Shown here: positions 17,747 to 27,628 of the stretch, piece by piece
How positions within the stretch are numbered: the stretch's first letter is position 1
How the letters are laid out: every line of letters starts with the position of its first letter
Assembly: GCA_030018935.1 (NCBI GenBank)
Contig: JASEGZ010000001.1
Location: forward strand, 33,290-97,289
Direction of reading: 5' to 3'
DNA length: 64,000 nt
Origin: Syntrophales bacterium
GTDB lineage: Bacteria; Desulfobacterota; Syntrophia; Syntrophales; CG2-30-49-12
Translations under genes and position numbers: made by a program
Notes under the pieces: generated by a model
What the model was told of the DNA's origin: nothing
Seen by the model: the letters and a program-made list of their open reading frames with translations, nothing else
Database searches by the model: none

Positions 17747-19323
17747 CAGGGAATATACTAAAACTTGAAGATATTGATCTCAATTCCCAGTTCCGCCGTG
17801 CGCTTGAGCTGATGGAAGAGACGGATAAAAACATCTTCATTACAGGCCGGGCGGGTACCGGTAAATCAACGCTGCTTCAGTTTTTTCGTTACCACACAGG
17901 TAAAAATGCCGTGATTCTGGCGCCGACGGGCGTGGCCGCCGTCAATGTAGGCGGGCAGACCATCCATTACTTTTTTCATTTCAAACCGAATGTGACGCTG
18001 GCATCCATCAAAAAGAGAAAGAGCAAGGAAGAAGACAAACCGACAATTTACAAAAAGCTCACCGCAATTGTGATTGATGAGGTCTCGATGGTGCGTGCCG
18101 ACCTGCTGGACTGCGTGGATAAATTCCTACGGCTCAACGGTCCCGATCCAAAAAGACCCTTCGGCGGCGTGCAGATGATCTTCATCGGCGATCTGTATCA
18201 ATTGCCGCCCGTTGTCTCCAGCCGGGAAAAAGAGATATTCCGCGGGCATTATAAAAGCCCTTATTTCTTCAGCGCCGAAGTTTTCGGACAACTGGATATG
18301 GAGTTTGTCGAACTGGAAAAAGTTTACCGCCAGAATGATGATGAATTCATCCGTCTGCTCAACGCGATCCGTAACCGCACGGTTTCGGATGACGATCTGG
18401 CGCTGTTCAACCGCCGTTGTGATCCCTTGTTTGAAGCACCCGTCAATGAATTTTATATTTCGCTGACCAGCGTCAATGATACGGCCGATTCAATCAACGA
18501 GCGGCAACTTTCCCAATTGCCCGGCAAAATATGGAAAGCGCAAGGTCTGATCGAAGGGGAATTCGACAAGGAATATCTTCCGACAGCCTTGGAATTGAAA
18601 CTGAAAAAGGGCGCCCAGATCATGCTCCTGAACAATGATTCCTACGGACGCTGGATCAACGGCACCATAGGCAAGGTAACGGGATTTAAAAAAGATGACG
18701 AAGGCGAAGAGATCATTACCGCCAGATTGGATAATGGCAATATTGTGGAAATCGGTTACTACACTTGGAAAATATACCGTTTTTTCCTGAAGAATGGGGA
18801 GCTTTGTTCCGAAGCCGTTGGCTCGTTTACACAATATCCGGTGCGGCTGGCCTTTGCCGTTACCATTCATAAAAGCCAGGGCAAAACCTTTGAGAAGGCC
18901 GTCATTGATGTGGGACGAGGCACTTTTGCTCATGGACAAATGTACGTGGCGCTTTCGCGCTGCGTGTCCCTGGATGGGATCATCCTGAAACAGCCGCTGA
19001 AAAAAAGCCATATTCTGATGGATTGGCGTATTGTTCAATTTCTGACGCGCATGCAATACGACAAGGCGGAACAAAAATGCTCTCATGAAGATAAGCTGGA
19101 GATAATTCATTCAGCGATCAAAGAAAAGAAAAATCTGAATATCCTTTACTTGAAAGCAAAAGACGAAAAATCGTGCCGCACGATACGTCCGCTTTTTGTC
19201 GGAGAAATGGAATATAAAGGGCATCCTTTTGTCGGGATGAATGCCTATTGCCTGACGCGTAAGGAAAAGCGCGTTTTTAACGTGGATCGAATCTTGGAAA
19301 TCTGCTTTACGGAAAACAGATAA
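17743..19323 (+). CDS. pif1: Pif1-family SF1B DNA helicase with C-terminal WYL-like domain
   Basis: 526 aa. Walker A is GRAGTGKSTLL, motif II is VIDEVSMV, and FGGVQMIFIGDLYQLPPV and TIHKSQGKTF are present. The C-terminal ~75 aa (NILYLKAKDEKSCRTIRPLFVG...YCLTRKEKRVFNVDRILEI) fit the WYL pattern. The start ATG overlaps the intI stop (ATGA). Confidence 0.85.
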   Translation: MTGNILKLEDIDLNSQFRRALELMEETDKNIFITGRAGTGKSTLLQFFRYHTGKNAVILAPTGVAAVNVGGQTIHYFFHFKPNVTLASIKKRKSKEEDKPTIYKKLTAIVIDEVSMVRADLLDCVDKFLRLNGPDPKRPFGGVQMIFIGDLYQLPPVVSSREKEIFRGHYKSPYFFSAEVFGQLDMEFVELEKVYRQNDDEFIRLLNAIRNRTVSDDDLALFNRRCDPLFEAPVNEFYISLTSVNDTADSINERQLSQLPGKIWKAQGLIEGEFDKEYLPTALELKLKKGAQIMLLNNDSYGRWINGTIGKVTGFKKDDEGEEIITARLDNGNIVEIGYYTWKIYRFFLKNGELCSEAVGSFTQYPVRLAFAVTIHKSQGKTFEKAVIDVGRGTFAHGQMYVALSRCVSLDGIILKQPLKKSHILMDWRIVQFLTRMQYDKAEQKCSHEDKLEIIHSAIKEKKNLNILYLKAKDEKSCRTIRPLFVGEMEYKGHPFVGMNAYCLTRKEKRVFNVDRILEICFTENR

Positions 19324-19375
19324 GTGCCAAGCGCCGGGATTTTGGTGCTACAGGGTCCGCCGTGCCTTCCGGTTT

Positions 19376-20785
19376 CTATATGTGACTCAGCGGTTCGACC
19401 AGCCTGAGATCGTCTTTAATGGGGCTGACCCCGTCCCAGCACTTCAGGCAGAGGTCTTTTCTGGGAATGTCGAGGGCGGCAACGAAGGCGTCAATGCTGT
19501 TGTATTTAACGGAATCGGCGCCGATCTGGTCCGCCATCCAGGCTTCCATATCCCTGAGTTGTTCCATGGTCAGGATATTGCCGGTCTTAAGGTAACGCCT
19601 GGCGGCCAGCTCTTCATAGGAACGGGTGGAAATCCCGAAATCGCAGGGATACATCAAGGGCGGACAGGCAATGCGAACGTGCACTTCCTTTGCGCCGGCC
19701 TTTTTTAAATCCCTGACCTTATGGAGAATCTGCGTGCCTCTTACGATGGAGTCGTCGCAAAGGACGACGCGTGTGTTTTCCACTGCGTAGCGAAGAACGG
19801 AGAGCTTGCGTTTAGCCATCTGCTCGCGGGCATGCTGTGTGGACTGGGTATAGCTCCGGTCGGCGTAACGGTTGTAAAGAAACACCTCCTGATACTTGAT
19901 CCCAGATTGCTGGTGGTATCCGAGGGCATGGCCAATGCCGGACATGGGCACCGGCGCGACGATATCGGCTGCGATATACGCCTCGTCCATGTCCCGTTGG
20001 GCAAGGCTTTTGCCCAGGTTGTTCCGGGCTTCCTGGACATACAGGCCGTCAATAATTGAATCAATGCTGGCGGTGTATGCCCATTCAAAGGAACAGTGCG
20101 CTTTCCGGGGGGAGTCAAGCTGTTTCACAGAGTGAAAACCCCGGCCGTTGATCAGGACGATTTCTCCCGGTTTAATGTCGCGGTAGATCTCCATATCCAT
20201 GTTCTGAAGCGCCCTGGATTCGGAGCTCACGGCATAGCGTCCGGCGTCCTGACCCAGGATTAAAGGACGAAATCCATAGACATCCCTCGTGGCATAGATC
20301 CCTTCCTCGGTCAGGATGACAAGAGAATAGGCGCCTTTGATCCGTTTTGAGAGGGCGGAGATGCCGGAGACCATGTCCGGCGCTTCCATAACGATCTTGG
20401 CAATGACCTCTGTGTCGTAGTCCCGGTAAAAGGCATGGCCATGATCCTTCATTTCCCGGATCAGTTCACCAGAATTGATGATATTGCCGCTGAAGGCAAC
20501 GGATATCTGTCCGAGCCGTGATTGCCAGGTCATCGGCTGGCGTTCCGACAGGCTGACATGCCCGATGCCCGAGCTGCCGGACAGGTAGTTAAATTCGTTT
20601 TCGGTGAAAGAATTAGCCGCCTTGCCGTGATGGGTTACATGGCGGATCTGGCTGTCAAAGGTTGCAATGCCGCAGTATTCCTGCCCCCTGTGCTGTAGAA
20701 AGTCCATCCCCTGGTAGATATCCTGAATACAGGCCGCAGGGGAGTAAATTCCGAAAATGCCGCATTTTTCTCCAAATGATTTCAT
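19376..20785 (-). CDS. purF: amidophosphoribosyltransferase
   Basis: 469 aa with an Ntn-type Cys after a short propeptide (MKSFGEKCGIFGIY) and the PRPP motif VVLCDDSIVRGTQ. Confidence 0.85.
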   Translation of the reverse strand: MKSFGEKCGIFGIYSPAACIQDIYQGMDFLQHRGQEYCGIATFDSQIRHVTHHGKAANSFTENEFNYLSGSSGIGHVSLSERQPMTWQSRLGQISVAFSGNIINSGELIREMKDHGHAFYRDYDTEVIAKIVMEAPDMVSGISALSKRIKGAYSLVILTEEGIYATRDVYGFRPLILGQDAGRYAVSSESRALQNMDMEIYRDIKPGEIVLINGRGFHSVKQLDSPRKAHCSFEWAYTASIDSIIDGLYVQEARNNLGKSLAQRDMDEAYIAADIVAPVPMSGIGHALGYHQQSGIKYQEVFLYNRYADRSYTQSTQHAREQMAKRKLSVLRYAVENTRVVLCDDSIVRGTQILHKVRDLKKAGAKEVHVRIACPPLMYPCDFGISTRSYEELAARRYLKTGNILTMEQLRDMEAWMADQIGADSVKYNSIDAFVAALDIPRKDLCLKCWDGVSPIKDDLRLVEPLSHI

Positions 20786-20812
20786 GTATTCGCCCCTATC
20801 TTTATTCGTAAT

Positions 20813-23800
20813 CTATCGGATGTCTGCGTGGTAGTTCTGGAGCGATCTTGCCCTTCCGTGTCCTTCGCGGAAGGCGGCAATGCCCTTTACGGCCGCAACG
20901 GCTGCGGCCACGGTCGTGATATACGGTATTTTATACTTGATGGCGGCCTTGCGTATGTATGAATCATCATGAGTGCCGAGCCTGCCTGTCGGCGTATTGA
21001 TAACGAGTTGTATCTCCCCGTTCTTTATTCCATCCACAATATTTGGCCGGCCTTCGTGCATCTTCAGAATCGGTTCGGATGCGATGCCGTTTGCGGCGAG
21101 GAATTGGCATGTCCCGCCCGTTGTCTTGATCTTGAAACCCAATTCCTCGAATCTTCGGGCCACTTCCAGAACGGCGTTTTTATCCTTCTGGTTTACCGTG
21201 ATCAGCACCGTGCCTTCCCCGGGAAGCGTCTGCTGGGCCGCGACCTGTGCCTTGTAGAAGGCCAATCCAAAGGAATCGGCCAGTCCCAGGACTTCTCCGG
21301 TAGAGCGCATCTCGGGGCCAAGGAGAGGATCGACTTCCTGAAGCATGTTGAAAGGGAAGACGGCCTCCTTGACTCCGAAGTGGGGAAATGATTTTTGTTT
21401 CAGGTCGAAATCCTTAAGTTTTTTCCCCAGCATGACCTGCGTGGCAATGCGCGCCATCTGAATGTTGCAGACCTTGGAAACCAGGGGCACCGTGCGTGAG
21501 GCCCGCGGGTTGGCCTCCAGTATGTAAACCACATCGCCGGCAATGGCGTATTGAATGTTCATCAGGCCGACAACATTAAATTCAACGGCGATCTTGCGGG
21601 TATATTCACGTATGGTTTCGATATGCCTGGCGGGGATGCTGATAGGGGGAATGACGCATGCGGAATCGCCGGAATGGATGCCGGCCAGCTCGATATGCTC
21701 CATCACTGCCGGAACGAAAGCATCGGCGCCGTCCGAGATGGCATCCGCTTCCGCCTCAATAGCGTTTTCAAGGAATTTGTCTATCAGAATAGGGCGTTCT
21801 GGCGTCACGCCGACAGCGGCGGCCACATAGCGCTTCAGCATATCTTCGTCATAGACAACCTCCATACCCCTGCCGCCGAGGACATAGGAAGGCCTGACCA
21901 TCAGGGGATAGCCGATTTCTTTCGCAATCCGGACCGCTTCATCCAGGGTGGAGGCCATACCGGACGCGGGCATGGGAATATTGAGCTTTTGCATCATCTT
22001 GCGGAAACGGTCGCGGTCTTCAGCCAGGTCTATGGTTTCCGGCGAGGTGCCGATGATTGTTGCTCCCGACTGCGCCAGTTCGGCGGCAATGTTCAGCGGC
22101 GTCTGTCCGCCAAACTGAACGACAACGCCCTCGGGTTTTTCTTTTTCATAGATGGCGAGTACATCCTCGACAGTCAGAGGTTCAAAGTAGAGCTTGTCCG
22201 AGGTGTCGTAATCGGTGGAGACTGTTTCAGGGTTGCAGTTGACCATGATCGATTCATAGCCTTCATCGCGCAGAGTAAAGGCGGCGTGGACGCAGCAGTA
22301 GTCGAATTCGATGCCCTGGCCGATCCGGTTCGGACCTCCGCCTAAGACCATGATCTTTTTCCGATTGCTTGTGGGAACGCTGTCAGGCGCATTGTAAGTG
22401 GAAAAATAATAGGCCGCATTTTCCACCCCGCTTACGGGGACGGCTTCCCAGCCTTCCACGACGCCGAGAGCAGTGCGGCGTTTGCGTATATCCGCTTCAG
22501 GGACATCCAGTATCTTTGCCAGATATCTGTCGGCGAAACCGTCCTTCTTGGCCACAATCAGCAGTTTGTCCGGCAGCATCTTTCCCTTATATTTGAGGAT
22601 TTCCGTTTCCATCTCCACGAGTTCTTTCATCTGCCGGATGAACCAGTGCTTGATGTGGGTCTTCCGATGGAGGGTATCGCAATCGGCGCCTTTTCGCAGG
22701 GCCTCGTACATGATAAATTGCCTTTCACTCGAAGGCGCCGCAAGGAGGTCCATGAGATCTTCAAGGGGCTTGTCATGGAAATTCTTGACAAAACCGAGTC
22801 CATAGCGGCTTTTTTCCAATGAACGGATGGATTTCTGGAAGGCTTCCTTGTAGGTTTTTCCAATGCTCATCACCTCGCCTACCGCCCGCATCTGGGTACC
22901 GAGCTTATCCTCGGAACCGGGGAACTTCTCAAAGTCCCAGCGGGCGAACTTGACCACCACGTAATCGCCGGAGGGCGTGTATTTGTCGAGCGTACCGTCC
23001 CGCCAGTAGGGTATTTCATCGAGGGTAAGACCGGCAGCCAGCATGGAAGAAATCATGGCGATGGGGAAGCCCGTGGCCTTGGAGGCCAGAGCCGACGAGC
23101 GGGATGTCCGGGGATTGATCTCGATGACCACGATCCGGCCTGTTTCCGGATCGTGGGCGAACTGGATGTTGGTGCCCCCAATGACCTGAATTGCCTCGAC
23201 GATATCATAGGAATATTTCTGCAGCCGCTGCTGCAATTCGGGGGCTATCGTAAGCATAGGAGCGGTGCAGTAAGAATCGCCGGTATGTATGCCCATCGCA
23301 TCCACATTCTCGATAAAGCAAACGGTAATCATCTGGTTCTTGGTGTCACGGACCACTTCAAGTTCCAGTTCTTCCCAGCCCAAGACAGATTCCTCAATAA
23401 GTATCTGGCCGATAAGGCTCGCCGATAGCCCGCGGCCGGCCACTATTCTCAATTCTTCGAGATTGTAAACGAGCCCCCCGCCTGTCCCTCCCATCGTGTA
23501 TGCCGGACGTATAACCACCGGGTAACCGAGCTGGATGGCGATCTTTTCCGCCTCCTCAACGCTTAAGGCGGCTTCGCTTCGGGGCATACCGATGCCGAGG
23601 CGTGTCATAGTTTCTTTGAAAGCGATCCTGTCTTCTCCCCGTTCGATAGCATCGACCCGCACGCCGATCACCTGAACGCCATACTTTTCCAGGACGCCGG
23701 CACGGGCAAGTTCGGAAGTAAGGTTCAGGCCGGTCTGTCCGCCAAGGTTCGGCAGGATGGCATCAGGACGTTCATTTTCGATGATTTCCGTCAGGGACTG

Positions 23801-24019
23801 GAGGTTAAGGGGCTCCAGGTAGGTGACATCGGCCATGCCTGGATCCGTCATGATAGTTGCCGGATTGGAATTGACCAGGACAATCTTGTACCCCAACTTT
23901 CGCAAGGCCTTACAGGCCTGGGTGCCGGAATAGTCAAACTCGCAGGCCTGGCCGATCACGATTGGCCCGGATCCTATGATAAGAACTTTATGGATGCTGT
24001 CGATTATTGGCATATTCAA
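20813..24019 (-). CDS. carB: carbamoyl-phosphate synthase large subunit
   Basis: 1068 aa with duplicated ATP-grasp halves and a typical CarB N-terminus (KVLIIGSGPIVIGQACEFDYSGTQA). No carA is adjacent. Confidence 0.95.
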   Translation of the reverse strand: MNMPIIDSIHKVLIIGSGPIVIGQACEFDYSGTQACKALRKLGYKIVLVNSNPATIMTDPGMADVTYLEPLNLQSLTEIIENERPDAILPNLGGQTGLNLTSELARAGVLEKYGVQVIGVRVDAIERGEDRIAFKETMTRLGIGMPRSEAALSVEEAEKIAIQLGYPVVIRPAYTMGGTGGGLVYNLEELRIVAGRGLSASLIGQILIEESVLGWEELELEVVRDTKNQMITVCFIENVDAMGIHTGDSYCTAPMLTIAPELQQRLQKYSYDIVEAIQVIGGTNIQFAHDPETGRIVVIEINPRTSRSSALASKATGFPIAMISSMLAAGLTLDEIPYWRDGTLDKYTPSGDYVVVKFARWDFEKFPGSEDKLGTQMRAVGEVMSIGKTYKEAFQKSIRSLEKSRYGLGFVKNFHDKPLEDLMDLLAAPSSERQFIMYEALRKGADCDTLHRKTHIKHWFIRQMKELVEMETEILKYKGKMLPDKLLIVAKKDGFADRYLAKILDVPEADIRKRRTALGVVEGWEAVPVSGVENAAYYFSTYNAPDSVPTSNRKKIMVLGGGPNRIGQGIEFDYCCVHAAFTLRDEGYESIMVNCNPETVSTDYDTSDKLYFEPLTVEDVLAIYEKEKPEGVVVQFGGQTPLNIAAELAQSGATIIGTSPETIDLAEDRDRFRKMMQKLNIPMPASGMASTLDEAVRIAKEIGYPLMVRPSYVLGGRGMEVVYDEDMLKRYVAAAVGVTPERPILIDKFLENAIEAEADAISDGADAFVPAVMEHIELAGIHSGDSACVIPPISIPARHIETIREYTRKIAVEFNVVGLMNIQYAIAGDVVYILEANPRASRTVPLVSKVCNIQMARIATQVMLGKKLKDFDLKQKSFPHFGVKEAVFPFNMLQEVDPLLGPEMRSTGEVLGLADSFGLAFYKAQVAAQQTLPGEGTVLITVNQKDKNAVLEVARRFEELGFKIKTTGGTCQFLAANGIASEPILKMHEGRPNIVDGIKNGEIQLVINTPTGRLGTHDDSYIRKAAIKYKIPYITTVAAAVAAVKGIAAFREGHGRARSLQNYHADIR

Positions 24020-24178
24020 ATCTGTTCCTTCTGCCCGTCATGATGGCGACAGGCAAGTTATGCAGACATATTATCTGTCCGGGCGCTGGTCATGGCCGAG
24101 GCGTACTTCACGGAATTTGCATAGAACAGCCATTGCCTTATCCACATCTGCTCTATGGTTTCATCAAAGGTAGTAGTA

Positions 24179-25450
24179 TCAAGGCACGATCTTGGCCCGG
24201 CAAAAATCACGGAAGTTGTTTACCGCAATAAAAAACTCCCGCATCATGATCAACCACGTATAACACCCCCGTCTGGTCAGGTAGAAACAGGGCGGGCGAT
24301 AACGCAGATCGCCTGTTAGGATAAAAGCGGCAATATCAGGCCAGAGATATCTGTAAAACCTCCCACCGTATTTTTTGCGCAGGGCAGGGACATCCAGTTT
24401 CGTGCCGAAGAGCTTCATCAGGAAATCATAACGTATCCTGTCTTTAAGGGAAAAATTACCGGAGGCCAGCAGAGGCAATTCCCCCTGGTTTACCGCGGCG
24501 ATATATTCCTGGATGTCAAAGGTATTTGCATAACACCTGCCGTTTAAGTATCCGATGGATCCGCTGCCAAGCCCCGCATACTCGTCATAATCAACGATAT
24601 ACTCGTCAATAATGGAGACTGTTTTTGTTCTGGAGAAACACCAGGCCGAGGAGAAGCGGTATGCCGGCGCCAGCCGTTTTACAATTTGGCGGTAAAACTG
24701 TTTTTCTCTGTCGTAATCCACCTGTCCCAGTGTCTTATTGATTACCCCTCGTGTGGAATCGGAAACCATCAGCGGATAGTAGGTGATCTGATCTACCCCT
24801 GTTTCCATCAGGATGTCCAGGTCCCTGTCGAGCCCTGCCATGCTCTGAGAGGGAAAGTTAAAGATCATATCCGCATTGAGGGTAGCAAACAGTCCCAGGG
24901 TCTGCTTCAGCCGTTCCGTAATGACCTCGCCGCTTCCGTATTTATCATACCGTTCCATCTCCTTCAGGAGACCATCGTCAAAGCTCTGTACACCCACCGA
25001 AAGGCGACTTACACCGGCCCGCTTCAAAACCGCCATATTTTTATCTGTCAGATGGTTCGGGTTTGTCTCGACGGAAATTTCCTCGATGCGAAAACAATCC
25101 CTCGCCAGGGCTATTGTTTCTTCCAGTTCGTCAATCAGGATGGTCGGGGTTCCCCCTCCCACATAGAGGCCGCAGAAGTCGCAGCCCTTTTCTCTATAGA
25201 GCAGTATCTCTTTCCGGAGGGCACGGAAGTAATTTCGGCAAAGGGTATCTTCAAAGACGACACGATGGAAAGAACAGTAAGGACAGAGCCTCTCACAGAA
25301 GGGGATGTGAATATAGAGAAGTCTTGGCTTCCTAAGGCTACAGGTAGGGATATCCGGCTTCACCCCATCTCTGAATCTCATCGCCCTGGCAAACTTCTGC
25401 CGGGCTTTCCTGGTAATGATGTCATGAATTCTCGGTATTAATCTCATCAA
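24179..25450 (-). CDS. HemN/HemW-like oxygen-independent coproporphyrinogen-III oxidase family radical SAM protein
   Basis: 423 aa with CxxxCxxC (IPFCERLCPYCSF) and the GGGTPT motif. Its last 25 codons are the source of repeat copy B. Confidence 0.8.
   Translation of the reverse strand: MMRLIPRIHDIITRKARQKFARAMRFRDGVKPDIPTCSLRKPRLLYIHIPFCERLCPYCSFHRVVFEDTLCRNYFRALRKEILLYREKGCDFCGLYVGGGTPTILIDELEETIALARDCFRIEEISVETNPNHLTDKNMAVLKRAGVSRLSVGVQSFDDGLLKEMERYDKYGSGEVITERLKQTLGLFATLNADMIFNFPSQSMAGLDRDLDILMETGVDQITYYPLMVSDSTRGVINKTLGQVDYDREKQFYRQIVKRLAPAYRFSSAWCFSRTKTVSIIDEYIVDYDEYAGLGSGSIGYLNGRCYANTFDIQEYIAAVNQGELPLLASGNFSLKDRIRYDFLMKLFGTKLDVPALRKKYGGRFYRYLWPDIAAFILTGDLRYRPPCFYLTRRGCYTWLIMMREFFIAVNNFRDFCRAKIVP
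24181..24254. repeat. copy B of the 74/77-nt direct repeat (3' end of the hemN-like gene)
   Basis: 24181-24240 is identical to 8739-8798, then gcatcatgatcaac versus gcatcatCATgatcaac. Confidence 0.95.
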
Positions 25451-25691
25451 TCAAAGCTGTACCTCGCCATTCACTCCATCCCTCTCCCCGCCGGGGAGAG
25501 GGGAAGGGTGAGGGGCAAAATTTCAAATATCTTTGGCTAGTTTTAGGAAACTAACAGAGATACTGAAAATTATCAAGGGTATTTAAAAAGTCATAAATCC
25601 ACCACCTGTTTTGCCCTTATTCATCATTGAAATAATACCTCCGAGGTGCTATATTTTCAAAAAGAAATGGTCTTACACGGGAGAAGTGCCG

Positions 25692-26267
25692 ATGTGCAGA
25701 ACGAGAATCTTAACACTGTGGAGCGATGAGGGGATAAATGGAGAAGAGGCGCAAATCCTGAGAAAACCCTCCGTGGATGTACCGATCCCCATTGATAGCA
25801 ATGAGCAAAGAGATATCAAAACCCTGGTCAATGCTTTCCTCGAAAGGGATGATGCATTAGGTCTGGCGGCCCCGCAGGTTGGAATTAAAAAAAGAATTAT
25901 AGTTTTTCGAACTAAAGGATTTAACGAGAAAGAACGGATAAATAGTGAAAATGACTATGACGTCCTGATAAATCCCCGGATCACACAGTTCCGGGGGGAA
26001 GAGGTGTCAGCGTTCGAGGGATGTCTCTCATGTCCTGAAATCAAGGTCGAGGTTAGCAGATTTTCTGAAATTAAGATACGGGCTCACGACCTCAATGGTC
26101 GTAAAATAAGCAAACGATATACCGATTTTCTTGCCCGCATCGTACAGCACGAAATTGACCATCTGGAAGGGAAACTTGTCATTGACTATGAAGGAACGGT
26201 GTACTTTCCCAGGAAGAGGCAGGAATTCTTCGCCTGGTTATTTCAAGAAAAGTTAAAGGAAGCATAA
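25692..26267 (+). CDS. def: peptide deformylase
   Basis: The track starts at TTG 25611; ATG at 25692 follows GGGAGAAG. Motifs GLAAPQVG, EGCLSCP and HEIDHLEG are present. Confidence 0.9.
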   Translation: MCRTRILTLWSDEGINGEEAQILRKPSVDVPIPIDSNEQRDIKTLVNAFLERDDALGLAAPQVGIKKRIIVFRTKGFNEKERINSENDYDVLINPRITQFRGEEVSAFEGCLSCPEIKVEVSRFSEIKIRAHDLNGRKISKRYTDFLARIVQHEIDHLEGKLVIDYEGTVYFPRKRQEFFAWLFQEKLKEA

Positions 26268-26268
26268 C

Positions 26269-26655
26269 ATGTCTAAACCGAATCCAGGGGACAGAAAATA
26301 TGCAAAAGAACATACCTGGGCCCTGGATAATAAGGACGGTTCGGTTACAGTGGGTATCACCGATTATGCCCAGGAACAGCTCACGGATATTGTTTACGTG
26401 GAGCTACCGGAGATCGGGAAAAAAGTGAAGCAGAGGGAAACATTAGCCGTCTTAGAGTCGGTTAAATCGGTATCTGATGTCTATGCACCGGTCAGCGGAG
26501 AGGTGATCGAGGTCAATCACAGGCTGGACAATCAGCCCGATCTCATCAATCAGGACCCCTTTGGAGAAGGCTGGATAGTCAGGCTTAAAATGGACGATGC
26601 CAGCAAACTGGACACACTCATGGATGCCGCCACTTATGATGCATTCATTACATGA
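26269..26655 (+). CDS. gcvH: glycine cleavage system protein H
   Basis: 128 aa with the lipoyl-lysine motif LESVKSVSDVYAPVSG. Confidence 0.92.
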   Translation: MSKPNPGDRKYAKEHTWALDNKDGSVTVGITDYAQEQLTDIVYVELPEIGKKVKQRETLAVLESVKSVSDVYAPVSGEVIEVNHRLDNQPDLINQDPFGEGWIVRLKMDDASKLDTLMDAATYDAFIT

Positions 26656-26684
26656 CAGGTCATAAGTCATATGTCATATGTCAG
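26654..26684. repeat. family A heptamer palindrome
   Basis: gacaggtcataagtcatatgtcatatgtcag, immediately after the gcvH stop. Confidence 0.85.
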
Positions 26685-26762
26685 TTTCCCTAAAAGAGCC
26701 AAAGTTGGCTGAGATACTGAGGTTTTTGGGTCTGCTTGTCTGATAAGGATTTATAGTATAAC

Positions 26763-27626
26763 GTGGCACAACGGAAGCCGTACTGGCTCAAGGTGAGGCT
26801 GCCCAGCAGCCTTCAATTTAAGCGGGTAAAGGGAATCCTGAGGCAACTTAAGCTGCATTCGGTCTGCGAGGAAGCACTCTGTCCCAATATTACCGAATGT
26901 TTTCATTCAGGAACAGCTACTTTTTTGATTCTCGGCAATACCTGTACACGAGGCTGCCGCTATTGCCACATAACGCCCGGCAGACCACAGGCTGTGGATG
27001 AGAAGGAACCGGAGCGACTGGTTGAGGCTGTTAAAACGCTGGGTTTGCAGTATGTCGTCATTACCTCGGTTACACGTGATGATTTACCAGAGGGAGGAGC
27101 GGAGATATTTGCTCGATCTGTGGAATCTTTGCACTGTGAAATCCCGGACTGTAAAGTGGAAGTACTTGTCCCTGATTTTCAGGGTAACCGGGAGGCCCTG
27201 GAACGGATCATATATGCCAGACCTGATGTAATTAACCATAACATGGAAGTAGTCCCCGCCTTATTCAGAGATCTTCGTCCTCACGGACACTATGAGGTTT
27301 CTCTGGAACTGCTCCATCGGGTACACCAACACAATGTTGTAACCAAGTCAGGATTTATGGTCGGGTTCGGGGAAAAACAGAGAGATATCCTAAGACTACT
27401 CCGTGACCTGAGCCTGGTTAATTGTGAATGTTTAACCGTTGGGCAGTATCAACAACCAACCCGTAACCACTGGCCGGTCAAGAAGTATTACTCTCTTGGT
27501 GAATTTGAGGAAATCAAAAAGATGGCCTACGAGATGGGATTCAGATATGTTGAATCTAGCCCTCTGGTGCGCAGTTCTTATAGGGCAGCTTATGCAGGGC
27601 AAAGGGCGAGGGGTGACGAGGATTAG
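26763..27626 (+). CDS. lipA: lipoyl synthase
   Basis: GTG start. N-terminal cluster motif CEEALCPNITEC and radical SAM motif CTRGCRYC. Confidence 0.92.
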   Translation: MAQRKPYWLKVRLPSSLQFKRVKGILRQLKLHSVCEEALCPNITECFHSGTATFLILGNTCTRGCRYCHITPGRPQAVDEKEPERLVEAVKTLGLQYVVITSVTRDDLPEGGAEIFARSVESLHCEIPDCKVEVLVPDFQGNREALERIIYARPDVINHNMEVVPALFRDLRPHGHYEVSLELLHRVHQHNVVTKSGFMVGFGEKQRDILRLLRDLSLVNCECLTVGQYQQPTRNHWPVKKYYSLGEFEEIKKMAYEMGFRYVESSPLVRSSYRAAYAGQRARGDED

Positions 27627-27628
27627 CC

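Noticed and set aside
19376-24019. purF plus carB as a non-canonical carbamoyl-phosphate synthase, with PurF-like glutaminase replacing CarA
   Set aside because: The 469-aa protein has a full PRPP-binding motif (VVLCDDSIVRGTQ) typical of genuine amidophosphoribosyltransferase. Adjacency alone does not support a CarA-replacement role.
25480-25502. Perfect GC-rich hairpin ccctctcccc-gcc-ggggagaggg between the divergent hemN-like and def genes
   Set aside because: It has no U/T tract on either side and lies between two divergent gene starts, so it is not a plausible terminator. The 3-nt loop is very tight. I could not support any function for it.
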